A DNA stretch of 64,000 bases from Candidatus Aenigmarchaeota archaeon LH_S7 (GCA_023659895.1 JAGXOL010000002.1:4388-68387), one strand, 5' to 3'; counted from the first letter of the stretch, positions 17,737 through 26,873 are shown. The notes: a model not told the origin generated them from the letters alone. Translations and numbers: made by a program.

Positions 17737-18768
17737 ATGGATAAAAAAATATTAGTTAAAAACATAGTGGATGAATTTTTTAGAGAGGATTTTAACAGAG
17801 CACTATTAGTGACAGATAATTTAAAGCAAATCATTAACATAGTAAAAGAAAAATATAAGCTAAATGCTATATACCTAACTGATGCATTATCCTCTATTAT
17901 TAATGAAGGTGTTTTAAATCATTTGGCATCTTACAGAGCAAAAACAAGAAGAATGAAGGGATTTCATAACGCTTTGTGGGAATATTCAGAAAATAAGATA
18001 AGTAAAGAAAATTTACATAAAATAGCAAAGCAATCCATTAGGAGAAGTATTATAACAAATACTAGAAATGCATATCAAAGTTGGGTTCTATTATCATTGC
18101 TAAATTTGGTTAACTGCAAACTCCTTGTTAGACAATATAATTCGGATACAAATGGATACGAATTTAAATACATCGATGAACTACCTGATGAGTTAAAATA
18201 TATTTCTTTAGAAAGCCAAAGAGATTATAAAGGAATTCATCCAAATTTTGCACTAGAAATTTCTGGCAGATTCTTTAGCATCTTTTATGAAGGACCTGGG
18301 ATTATTGAATGGAATTTATATTCTAAAGAAACCGATAAAACCTTTTGGAAATTATATGGCGCACCTAGACCAGATATAATGATTTATTCTGGACAAATTG
18401 ATAATATTTACTCTCCTAGTGTAAAACCATTTCCAATCATGAAACCAGACATTATTATAGAATGCAAAGAAGAAGGAAACTGGTATAAAAAACTAAAACA
18501 GAGATCTGTATATGATGGGGCCAAAGATTGGAGAAATGCGGCCATTGAAAGTAGAGAACAGAAAAAAGAAAAAATAGATGATTTAGAAAATGTGAAAGAA
18601 TATCTAGAAATTTATTCACCAAAAAATTTGTTTTTAGTTAGCTGGAAGGAAACACCAAACAAGACTTGTGAAGAGTTAATAAATTCTGGAATTACTTGTA
18701 TAAATAAAGTAAATTTTGATAAAGATAAATTAATAAAAATTGTCGAAACAATCAAACAATCCAATTAA
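17737..18768 (+). CDS. Hypothetical protein with a restriction-endonuclease-like (PD-(D/E)xK) motif
   Basis: RPDIMIY ... KPDIIIECKEE fits a D..(D/E)xK arrangement. No other family signal was seen. The ATG at 17737 is preferred over the GTG at 17728. Confidence 0.45.
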   Translation: MDKKILVKNIVDEFFREDFNRALLVTDNLKQIINIVKEKYKLNAIYLTDALSSIINEGVLNHLASYRAKTRRMKGFHNALWEYSENKISKENLHKIAKQSIRRSIITNTRNAYQSWVLLSLLNLVNCKLLVRQYNSDTNGYEFKYIDELPDELKYISLESQRDYKGIHPNFALEISGRFFSIFYEGPGIIEWNLYSKETDKTFWKLYGAPRPDIMIYSGQIDNIYSPSVKPFPIMKPDIIIECKEEGNWYKKLKQRSVYDGAKDWRNAAIESREQKKEKIDDLENVKEYLEIYSPKNLFLVSWKETPNKTCEELINSGITCINKVNFDKDKLIKIVETIKQSN

Positions 18769-18803
18769 TGGGTGGGTTATGGCGAACTTCTCTTAATCGT
18801 ATA

Positions 18804-19259
18804 TTATCTAACAAGTAACTCAACCTCTGCTGGTTTGTATTTCCATTTTTTTGGTAATTTTTTTTCTCTAATATAATATTTTCCCAATCTCCTAATTTTT
18901 GATTCAGTTAGTTGCAATGCTCTTTGATTGTGCAAGTCTTTTTTGTTTTTGTTCAAGTGTTTCCTTAAGTTTATAGCTTTTTTAAAGAGGTTCATTAATT
19001 CCTCTGGATAATCCTCCTTCATGTTGTTTTCCTCAAGAATTGCTTGTAGTTTCTTGCCTGCAGTCAATCTTATGGAAGGTACTCCATGAGAATCTCTTAA
19101 GATTGTTCCTATTTCTGGTTTACTTATTCCCTCTTTTCTTAATTCCAAGACTTTTTTCTCTACATCTTTCTTTTTCATTGTTTGCCATTCCGGAATCTTA
19201 TTTCTGACAACTTTTTTGGAACCACTTCTTCCTTTTGTTCTAGCATAGATTCTTGCCAT
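18804..19259 (-). CDS. rps15: 30S ribosomal protein S15 (uS15/S13e)
   Basis: It has MARIYARTKGRSGSK..HGVPSIR..LTESKIRRLGKYY. Confidence 0.93.
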   Translation of the reverse strand: MARIYARTKGRSGSKKVVRNKIPEWQTMKKKDVEKKVLELRKEGISKPEIGTILRDSHGVPSIRLTAGKKLQAILEENNMKEDYPEELMNLFKKAINLRKHLNKNKKDLHNQRALQLTESKIRRLGKYYIREKKLPKKWKYKPAEVELLVR

Positions 19260-19288
19260 AAAATTAACAAAATTTTAAATTAAGGTTT

Positions 19289-21148
19289 CTATATAAACCG
19301 TATTGCTTCAAGGTTCATTGGAGAATAGGAATCCACATTAAATATTTTTTGGACTGAATTGGCAAGATTTTGTGCTTTTGAGGCTTCTCCATGATTAACT
19401 AGAATTTTCTTTGGTTTGTTTTTCAAGTGACCTATGAAGTTCAATAATTGTTTCCTATCAGAATGTCCACTAAGACCATCCACGGTCCTAATATCTAAGT
19501 TAATCTCCACTTTTTCTCCATCCTGTAATTTAACTTCTTTTTCACCTGCCTGGATTTTGCTACCTAATGTTCCAGCAGCTTGATAACCAACAAAAACCAA
19601 AGTGTTTTTGGGGTTAGTTCCAAAATTCTTCAAGTATTCCATTATAGGTCCTCCGTTAAGCATACCTGAGGTTGCAATGATGATGCAAGGTTTATCATCA
19701 CCTAAGATTTGTTCTCTTTCCCTTGCACTAGCAACATTAATGAATCTTTCACTTTCAAAAGGGTTCTTGTTCTCATCTATTATTTGTCTTTGCAAGTTAT
19801 AAGCAAGATATTTTGGGTAAGTAGAGTGAATGGAATTAGCATCGTAAATCATCCCATCAACATAGATAGGTACATCTAATCCATATTTCTCAAAAATTAC
19901 CATCAATTCCTGTGCTCTACCAACTGCAAAACTTGGAACTAAGACTTTTCCTCCTCTTTTTATTGTTTCATTGATTATTCCTATCATCTCTTTTTCTGAG
20001 TCTTCAAGTCTAGGAGTTATATTATCACTACCACCATAAGTCCCTTCCAATATCAAAGCCTCGCTTCTCATGAATTGGGTGAATGCAGGGTCAAACAAAT
20101 TTGAAACTGAGTATTTTATGTCTCCAGTATAAATAACATTTGTCTTTCCATTACCAATGTTAAAGTGTGACATAGCACTTCCTAGCAAATGTCCCGCATT
20201 TTCAAAAATCAATCTAACATCAGAACTTATATCTGTAACTTCCTTGTACTTTAATGGGATTGTGTTTTTGATCATCTTTTTTATGTCAGAACTCGTATAA
20301 AGGCTTTTTCCTGTCTCCCTCTGCATTAATTGGATTGTATCTATCTGCAACAAGGCAGCAAGTTCTCTTGTTGGCTCAGTACAATAAACAGGCCCATTGT
20401 AACCTATCTTATATAGATAAGGTATAAAACCTGAATGGTCAAGATGTGCATGACTCAAAACAATTGCATCTATTGAGTTTATATTGAAATCTTGGGAAAA
20501 TATTGGAAAGCGGTCTTCCCCCAAAGCTCCTGCAGAAATACCACAGTCAAGCATTATTCTAGAATTAGGGGTTTCTAGGATCATACAGCTTCTTCCCACT
20601 TCCCTTCCACTACCAAGAAAGCTTATTCTTGCGTATTTTGTTTCCTTTGGTTCTGATAAATAAATTTTCTTTCCCACACTGTTCAAGAATCTCTTTCTGT
20701 ATTTTGAACTCTGGAACAAAGTTTTACGAATTGCTTCAGCATGAGGAGATTTTGGTTTTGCAACTCTTCTAACTAAGGGTATCCAAAAAGTTTCCTTCTT
20801 TACTCTTTTTACAACTTCACCATTGTCTCCAACTGCCATCTGAGGATAAGTAACATCTATTGTAACCCTTGAGAAATCAGGTTCAAAAGAAATGTTATGG
20901 ATTTCAGCTTCTTCAGGAATAATTTCCTTGATTTTTTTCTTTGTTTCATCTTTTGTTGGTAGGGTGTCAGGTTCTATTCTCACCTCTATCCTTTTTTTGA
21001 TCTTGTCAACAATCTCTTTAATCTTCTCTTCCTGATTTAGGAAAAAATCTTTATCACAAGTGTAAATAACTATCTTGTTTCCTTCGTAATTTATCCTTTT
21101 ATCCTCTAATTCAGGGAGTTCTTCTTTAACAGCTTTTACAAAATCCAT
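19289..21148 (-). CDS. aCPSF1 (KH domains + metallo-beta-lactamase/beta-CASP RNase)
   Basis: It has HAHLDHSG and beta-CASP motifs. The 619-aa length and N-terminal KH-like region fit archaeal CPSF1. Confidence 0.9.
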   Translation of the reverse strand: MDFVKAVKEELPELEDKRINYEGNKIVIYTCDKDFFLNQEEKIKEIVDKIKKRIEVRIEPDTLPTKDETKKKIKEIIPEEAEIHNISFEPDFSRVTIDVTYPQMAVGDNGEVVKRVKKETFWIPLVRRVAKPKSPHAEAIRKTLFQSSKYRKRFLNSVGKKIYLSEPKETKYARISFLGSGREVGRSCMILETPNSRIMLDCGISAGALGEDRFPIFSQDFNINSIDAIVLSHAHLDHSGFIPYLYKIGYNGPVYCTEPTRELAALLQIDTIQLMQRETGKSLYTSSDIKKMIKNTIPLKYKEVTDISSDVRLIFENAGHLLGSAMSHFNIGNGKTNVIYTGDIKYSVSNLFDPAFTQFMRSEALILEGTYGGSDNITPRLEDSEKEMIGIINETIKRGGKVLVPSFAVGRAQELMVIFEKYGLDVPIYVDGMIYDANSIHSTYPKYLAYNLQRQIIDENKNPFESERFINVASAREREQILGDDKPCIIIATSGMLNGGPIMEYLKNFGTNPKNTLVFVGYQAAGTLGSKIQAGEKEVKLQDGEKVEINLDIRTVDGLSGHSDRKQLLNFIGHLKNKPKKILVNHGEASKAQNLANSVQKIFNVDSYSPMNLEAIRFI

Positions 21149-21276
21149 AGTATCAACCCTCAGTTTATAAAGTTGGTTTATGTATAATTATCATTCTTTT
21201 TAAAATATTTAAAAGTTCAAGGGTTTATTCTACCTTATTTTAGATGATTTTTATTTATAAATTTAAAAGTAATATT

Positions 21277-21882
21277 ATGGAAACTTCTATGAAGAGTGGG
21301 ACTACAACTATAGGGATGAAGTGCAAAGATGGAGTTCTATTAGCATCTGAATCAAAAGCTGGAATGGGTAATATAATCACAAATAAAGAGGTACAAAAGG
21401 TTTTCCAAATAGATGATAGGATTGGTGTTACAATTGCTGGATTAGTTAGTGATGCACAGCAATTAGTTAATATGCTCAAAGCTGAGATAAATCTTTATAA
21501 ATTGGAAAGTGGTGAGGAGATGAGAGTTGATGCAGTTGCTTCATTGTTATCAAATATTATGTACGCAAGAAGATTATTCCCTTATCTCACTCAGATGGTA
21601 GTAGGTGGTGTGGACAAAGAAGGAACTAAGTTATTTTCCTTTGACCCAACAGGTTCAAAAATGGAGGAAGAATATGTTTCCACAGGTAGTGGTAGTCCTT
21701 TTGTTTATGGTATCTTGGAAAAGGATTTCAAGAAAGCAATGAGTATGCAGGAAGGTAAGGAATTGACAAAACAAGCTATAAAGAGTGCTGCAGGTAGAGA
21801 TATGGCTTCAGGAGGGGAAAAAATCTGGATAGCTGAAATAACTTCTAAAGGATTCAGATTAAATAAGGACAAGATAAAATAA
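21277..21882 (+). CDS. psmB: Proteasome beta subunit
   Basis: A propeptide is followed by GTTTIGMKCKDGVLLA, with the Thr1 nucleophile context. The ATG at 21277 is preferred. Confidence 0.9.
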   Translation: METSMKSGTTTIGMKCKDGVLLASESKAGMGNIITNKEVQKVFQIDDRIGVTIAGLVSDAQQLVNMLKAEINLYKLESGEEMRVDAVASLLSNIMYARRLFPYLTQMVVGGVDKEGTKLFSFDPTGSKMEEEYVSTGSGSPFVYGILEKDFKKAMSMQEGKELTKQAIKSAAGRDMASGGEKIWIAEITSKGFRLNKDKIK

Positions 21883-21902
21883 ATAAATTTTTATGATTTT
21901 TT

Positions 21903-22136
21903 ATGGCTACAAAGAAGGTAAAAGCAGCAGGTAAATTCAGTGCTAAGCACGGAAAAAAGTTAAGAGATATTTATAATAAAATTTACAAAAGTGTGAAAAA
22001 AAAATATAATTGTCCTGTTTGTGCTAAGGAAAAAGCTGTTAGGAGGGTTTCTTTTGGTGTATGGGAATGTAAAAGATGTGAAACAAAGTTTGCTTCTGGG
22101 GCTTTTGAGTTCAGGGAGAGAGATTTCAAGAAATAA
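21903..22136 (+). CDS. rpl37ae: 50S ribosomal protein L37Ae (eL43)
   Basis: It has the zinc ribbon CPVC..CKRC and a GVWEC..FASGAF pattern. Confidence 0.85.
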   Translation: MATKKVKAAGKFSAKHGKKLRDIYNKIYKSVKKKYNCPVCAKEKAVRRVSFGVWECKRCETKFASGAFEFRERDFKK

Positions 22137-22160
22137 TTATAGTCACTTAATTAAAAATTA

Positions 22161-23228
22161 TTAAAACCTTAGAATTGCTCCGATTCCTCCAATGTTTTTG
22201 AATTGGGAACCATAAGAAGAGGTTGTGGAAATAAATTCTATTTTTGCATTGCTTTCCTCAGATAGTTCCTCAATTTCATCAATACTTTCATGATCTTCAC
22301 TTATAAGAACTGTTTCAGCTTTTCCTTCTTTCAAAGCATCTAAGGTATCATCTTTTCCATAAACCATTTCACCCTTTGCTTTGCTAAGTTTTGTGAAAAA
22401 GTCCTCTAGTAATTCATTTTCCTTGTAAAGCTCAGTCTCTTTTATGAGGTCTTTTCCCTTTTCCAAAGTTTCTTTTACACCTGGTTCTTCTGTGTATGAA
22501 GTGTCAACAACACCAATAACTTTCTCTTTGAGGTGGTTGGGAAGGTAATCTCCCTTTTGAAAGTTTTCCTTTATTGGTCCTGGACCTGAAATAATAATTC
22601 TTTTTATTTCCTTATCAAATAAGTCTTTCGCTGCTTCCCCAACATCTTTTAGGAAATCATGAAGTAAATTCTCACGGACTCTGTAAAAACGCACTGAACT
22701 CTGTCCTCCTGCGCGTGTTTTTCCAGGAACTAAAGAATCCATGTGCTTAAGTATTTCAACATTCTTCCCTTTTATGACTGCTATATCAGCACTGCTCTTA
22801 TCCAAACAAATGATTCCATAATTTGTTTTCTCCCTCATCTGCTCTTTCAAAGGTCCTACCTCAAAGTTTTGGTCACAATGGTAAAGCTTAATGTTAATTT
22901 TTTCTGGGGGTTCAACTGTCCAAAGTTTAATATCTGATTTGCCTTCTTCTGTGCCAACATTTCCGCAAAAAACTATTAATCCCTTCTCAGGGATTTTTTT
23001 GTACAATTTTAATTCCTGAGCAATTTTTTCTAAAGCGGAAAGAACATTCTTACGAACTATTTTGCTTTTCACATTTCTGGTGAGGGCCTGCTCTTGGGAA
23101 ACAAGCTCTGCTATTTTGTTTATATCATAACCAGAGGGGATGTAAAGAGTAATCAATTCAGTATGGCGTCCTCTGATCTGTTCCAGCTCTTTTATTAATT
23201 TCCTTAACTTTAATTTCTCCTTTTCCAT
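22161..23228 (-). CDS. prf1: Peptide chain release factor aRF1
   Basis: It has the GGQS motif (TRAGGQSSVRF), NVKS (an NIKS variant) and YHCDQNF (YxCxxxF). Confidence 0.93.
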   Translation of the reverse strand: MEKEKLKLRKLIKELEQIRGRHTELITLYIPSGYDINKIAELVSQEQALTRNVKSKIVRKNVLSALEKIAQELKLYKKIPEKGLIVFCGNVGTEEGKSDIKLWTVEPPEKINIKLYHCDQNFEVGPLKEQMREKTNYGIICLDKSSADIAVIKGKNVEILKHMDSLVPGKTRAGGQSSVRFYRVRENLLHDFLKDVGEAAKDLFDKEIKRIIISGPGPIKENFQKGDYLPNHLKEKVIGVVDTSYTEEPGVKETLEKGKDLIKETELYKENELLEDFFTKLSKAKGEMVYGKDDTLDALKEGKAETVLISEDHESIDEIEELSEESNAKIEFISTTSSYGSQFKNIGGIGAILRF

Positions 23229-23310
23229 AAAGCGTTTATAAATTAAGTTATTAAAAAACTCGTTTGCCTTATAAATAGGAAAATGTTATTTTTTAAAGAA
23301 AAATGCTTAT

Positions 23311-23558
23311 GGGCATGTAGCTCAGCTGGATAGAGCACCGGCCTTCTAAGGAACCGAGGAAAGCCGGGGGTCGCAGGTTCGAAGGGAACTTTTAGAAAAA
23401 GTTCCATCAAAAAAAGAAGGGAACTTTTAGAAAAAGTTCCATCAAAAAAAGAAGGGAACTTTTAGAAACCTCGAAAAACAAAGTTTTTCGGGGCCCCATA
23501 AACCTTTGGTTTATGAGGAAGTTCCATCAAAAAAGTCTCGGGAATCCTGTCATGCCCA
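23311..23558 (+). tRNA. tRNA-Arg(UCU) with two introns (13 nt at 37/38, 23349-23361; 161 nt at 59/60, 23384-23544)
   Basis: The exons fold as acceptor GGGCATG/CATGCCC, D stem GCTC/GAGC, anticodon arm CCGGC-CTTCTAA-GCCGG and T stem GCAGG/CCTGT around TTCGAA|T. Confidence 0.85.
23384..23535 (+). repeat. Tandem 35-nt repeat inside the tRNA-Arg T-loop intron (2 exact units + 1 expanded unit)
   Basis: The unit GGGAACTTTTAGAAAAAGTTCCATCAAAAAAAGAA occurs at 23384-23418 and 23419-23453. The third unit starts at 23454 and has its hairpin loop replaced by two nested hairpins (23469-23493 and 23497-23515). Confidence 0.9.
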
Positions 23559-25466
23559 TTAAGATTCCCCAATTCTCTTTAAAAAGGCTTTTGGATCAGC
23601 ACTGTATTGAGCAGTGTACTTTGCAAAATCCTTGTAATCTGTAATCTTGTTTTTTGAGAGCCATTCTAAAACCTTGGCTTTATTCAAAACATTTTCTTCC
23701 ATTTTTTTCTTATTGATGCCGGTTCTATCTATTATGTTTTTCAATATCACAGAATTATTTTTTATTTCAAATTCATCTTTTTTTGGATTCCATTGAGAAA
23801 ATGTGTTTGTTATAGGTCTCTTATTCTTGTGATCAACACCCGCAATTTCCTCTATTGAGGCTAATCTTCTAACTGTTTTATCACCTATTTTTACTCTAGA
23901 AATGAAAACAACTAAATCTAAAGTTTCAAGTAATGACACAGGTAAATTTATTGGGGGTGTAATTAAACGGTCTATCAAAGTTTCTATAGATTCCGCGTGA
24001 ATAGTAGCAAGACCTGGATGACCTGTAGACATTGCCTGGAATAATACAAATGCTTCTTTACCACGAACTTCACCAACTACAATTCTATCAGGTCTTTGCC
24101 TTAAACTCTCCCTCAGCAAGTCAAATAAAGTAACTGAACCCTTTCCACCTTCAGCTAAAACATTTCTTGCCACTTCTGGTATCCAGTTTGGGTGCGGTAA
24201 CTGTAGTTCTCCTGTATCCTCAATTGAAACAATTTTTTCTTGTGGTTGAAAAAACATGGAAGCAGAATTCAAAAAAGAAGTTTTACCTGAACCTGTACCA
24301 CCAGAAATAAGAATGTTCCTTCCATTTTCTATAGCATACCAAAGATAAGCCATTAATTTTACATCAGAAGTATGATAAAGAATCTGCATTGTAGGGGTGA
24401 AAGGCTCCTTACTAAACTTTCTAATTGTGAAATTTGAACCTTTCCTTGCAATGTCGGTAGCAAGAGTTGCCTGGACTCTACTATTATCTGATAATATTCC
24501 ATCAAGCAAAGGGTGTGCCATTGAAATGTCTCTTCCACATCTCTGAGCTAATTTCATGACAAAAGAATCTAATTCCTCAGAACTGTCAAAGACTATATTT
24601 GTTTTTATTGAACCAAATCTTGGATCCCTATGAACAATGTAAATAGGTACTCCTGTTCCATCACAAGATATATCCTCTATGTGCTTATCTTGCAATAAAG
24701 GTTCAATTTTATCAAAACCTAAAAAATCCCTGTCAATATAATATCTAAAAATCTTAATCATAGTATCAGATATATCCACTTTAAAATAATCTAAAGCTTC
24801 ATCAATTTTCTTAAAAAGATAATTTTTTGCCTCAAATTTCTTAACTGCTGCAAAATCAATATCTATTTTTTCCCTTATAAATTCCTTAAATATATTAAGA
24901 AGTTTTTTATCATTCTCTGTTAATTCAGGTTCAACAATATCGTATTTTAGCTCATTATTTTCCTGGTCCCAATATATATGAGCGTAAGCATAAATCTCTT
25001 CATTTTTTCTTGGATTTCGAGGTATCAAAGGATATTTTGTATCTATCTGAGTTAGTTCTTCTCTTTTAAACCTTTTTTCTATTGGCTTCACTTCTGATTC
25101 TATTTTTGGGAAAGAAACTCCCTCTATATGTTGCTTTTTCTTTTTTAAGCTCATTTCATCTTTTATAGAAGAGGGCACTCTACTAGGTAAATATTCCCCC
25201 AGATAAGATGCCAATTTTTTGAGTATTTCTGTTTGCTCTTTTGGAGGTGGAGAGATTTCTTTTTTCTTTTTTTGAGGTATGTACGTTTCTATTTGCTCTT
25301 TTGTGAGTTGAGGTTGCTGAATTTCTTTTTTCTTTTTACCTTCTTCCTTTTCTTGAGGTATATAATTAATAACAATAGGCCTTCTTTTGAAAACAAATTC
25401 TTTATTATTCAGAACTTTAATTGGTTTTCTTTTCTTAACCCTCTTCTTAATCCTTACCTTTACCAT
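23559..25466 (-). CDS. Type II/IV secretion-family ATPase (archaeal PilB/FlaI-like)
   Basis: It has Walker A GGTGSGKTS, an Asp box, Walker B and a His box (ATIHAES). The N-terminus has a long K/E/P-rich extension. Confidence 0.85.
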   Translation of the reverse strand: MVKVRIKKRVKKRKPIKVLNNKEFVFKRRPIVINYIPQEKEEGKKKKEIQQPQLTKEQIETYIPQKKKKEISPPPKEQTEILKKLASYLGEYLPSRVPSSIKDEMSLKKKKQHIEGVSFPKIESEVKPIEKRFKREELTQIDTKYPLIPRNPRKNEEIYAYAHIYWDQENNELKYDIVEPELTENDKKLLNIFKEFIREKIDIDFAAVKKFEAKNYLFKKIDEALDYFKVDISDTMIKIFRYYIDRDFLGFDKIEPLLQDKHIEDISCDGTGVPIYIVHRDPRFGSIKTNIVFDSSEELDSFVMKLAQRCGRDISMAHPLLDGILSDNSRVQATLATDIARKGSNFTIRKFSKEPFTPTMQILYHTSDVKLMAYLWYAIENGRNILISGGTGSGKTSFLNSASMFFQPQEKIVSIEDTGELQLPHPNWIPEVARNVLAEGGKGSVTLFDLLRESLRQRPDRIVVGEVRGKEAFVLFQAMSTGHPGLATIHAESIETLIDRLITPPINLPVSLLETLDLVVFISRVKIGDKTVRRLASIEEIAGVDHKNKRPITNTFSQWNPKKDEFEIKNNSVILKNIIDRTGINKKKMEENVLNKAKVLEWLSKNKITDYKDFAKYTAQYSADPKAFLKRIGES

Positions 25467-25873
25467 TTTGAAAGAATAATATTATTGTCTCCTTCAACAA
25501 CAAAACTTCTTCCTGAGCTAGTTGCATATCCTTTAACATCTTTTTCATAATAAATTGTTTGGGTGTTTATTCCTGCTCTAGTTCTAAAATTGGAGACAGA
25601 AACCTGGCTATTATCCAAGTCAATAGTATATCTATCTTCAGATAACTTTTCTGGAATTTCAACTGATAAATTACAATCCCCATAATCACTGCACAGGTAT
25701 GTCTTAGTTGTTGCCATAGAAACTAGATTTGCTATCATTTCATATTGTTCTTTTTGTGACTGGGACTGGGTAGGTACTACCAAAGTGGAAACCGTAACTG
25801 CAGCAGAGATTGCTAAAATAGCTCCAATTCCAAATAGAAGAAGCTCATTTATTGCACGATACTGACCTTTCAT
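25460..25873 (-). CDS. Archaeal type IV pilin-like protein
   Basis: It has the class III signal MKGQ|YRAINELLLFGIGAILAISA. It overlaps both neighbouring genes, so it looks like part of an operon. Confidence 0.6.
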   Translation of the reverse strand: MKGQYRAINELLLFGIGAILAISAAVTVSTLVVPTQSQSQKEQYEMIANLVSMATTKTYLCSDYGDCNLSVEIPEKLSEDRYTIDLDNSQVSVSNFRTRAGINTQTIYYEKDVKGYATSSGRSFVVEGDNNIILSKW

Positions 25874-26850
25874 AATAGTTTATTAGATGTATTAAATAGA
25901 AATTTTTTCTTGAGAAAGTAAAGAGTTATTAATCCTAGGAAAATTAGGAGCCAGAAACTCAACATTCTATCCAATAAAATCAATGAGGAGGAGATTTTCA
26001 TTGGTATCCCTAACAAGACTAAAGCAGAGATAGTTCCACCTTCTATTAATCCAAGGCCACCAGGAAGCCAAGGTATCATTGAAAATAAAAGTTGCAAAGC
26101 CCATGCAGCAAGAACCAAAAAGAAAATTGAAGGATAATTTATCGCAATAAGAAGGAAGTAAAGTCTCAATACTTCAAGAAACCGGGTAATAAATGAGAGA
26201 GAAAATATTTTTAACTGAAGTTTTCTGTTTTTGAGTAAAGTTCTCAAACTATAAGTGAAGTCTTTGGCAGTTATATCCTTTTCTGTTTTGAAAAATCTGA
26301 GAACATATTTTTTGATTATTTTTTCTATTTTTTCTTCTCTTAATAAGAAACGGAATATTAAAACAGTTGCTATTGCAAAAGCACCAATAACAGGAATACT
26401 TATAACTAAATATTTTTGAGAGAGATATTGCATCGAGACAAGGAAAAAAACTGCTAACAGTAAAGTTACATAAATGGAGATAAGTTCAGAAGTAACCTCA
26501 ATAATTACAGAGGCTGTGGACTTTGTTGCAGGGATATCATTTTTTGAGAGATAATACATCTTTACTGGTTCTCCACCAGCTCTTGCAATAGGGGTAAATT
26601 GGTTAACACTTAATCCCGCTAACAATATTTTTAACACTTCTTTAAATTCCAGATTATAGTTCTGGGAAGATAAGATAATTTTCAGTCTTATGGTATAAAA
26701 ATATATTATCAGGAGCTGTATTAACAATCCTAAGGAAAGGTAAAAAAGATTTGCCCTGGATAAAACACCTAAGAGTTCTATACCTCCTGTATAATAAAAT
26801 ACTCCTAAAAAAAGGAGTAGACCTACAAGAAAACTAATTTCTTTCTTCAT
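25870..26850 (-). CDS. UPF0104/flippase-like (LPG synthase TM-type) integral membrane protein
   Basis: It has about 8 TM helices, and the N-terminal pattern is typical of UPF0104. Confidence 0.65.
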   Translation of the reverse strand: MKKEISFLVGLLLFLGVFYYTGGIELLGVLSRANLFYLSLGLLIQLLIIYFYTIRLKIILSSQNYNLEFKEVLKILLAGLSVNQFTPIARAGGEPVKMYYLSKNDIPATKSTASVIIEVTSELISIYVTLLLAVFFLVSMQYLSQKYLVISIPVIGAFAIATVLIFRFLLREEKIEKIIKKYVLRFFKTEKDITAKDFTYSLRTLLKNRKLQLKIFSLSFITRFLEVLRLYFLLIAINYPSIFFLVLAAWALQLLFSMIPWLPGGLGLIEGGTISALVLLGIPMKISSSLILLDRMLSFWLLIFLGLITLYFLKKKFLFNTSNKLL

Positions 26851-26873
26851 TATAAAAATTTCATTATTTATTT

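Noticed and set aside
23384-23535. A regularly spaced direct repeat that could be taken for a small CRISPR array
   Set aside because: The units are contiguous 35-nt tandem copies with no unique spacers. They lie inside a tRNA gene between T-loop positions 59 and 60, and no cas genes are nearby.
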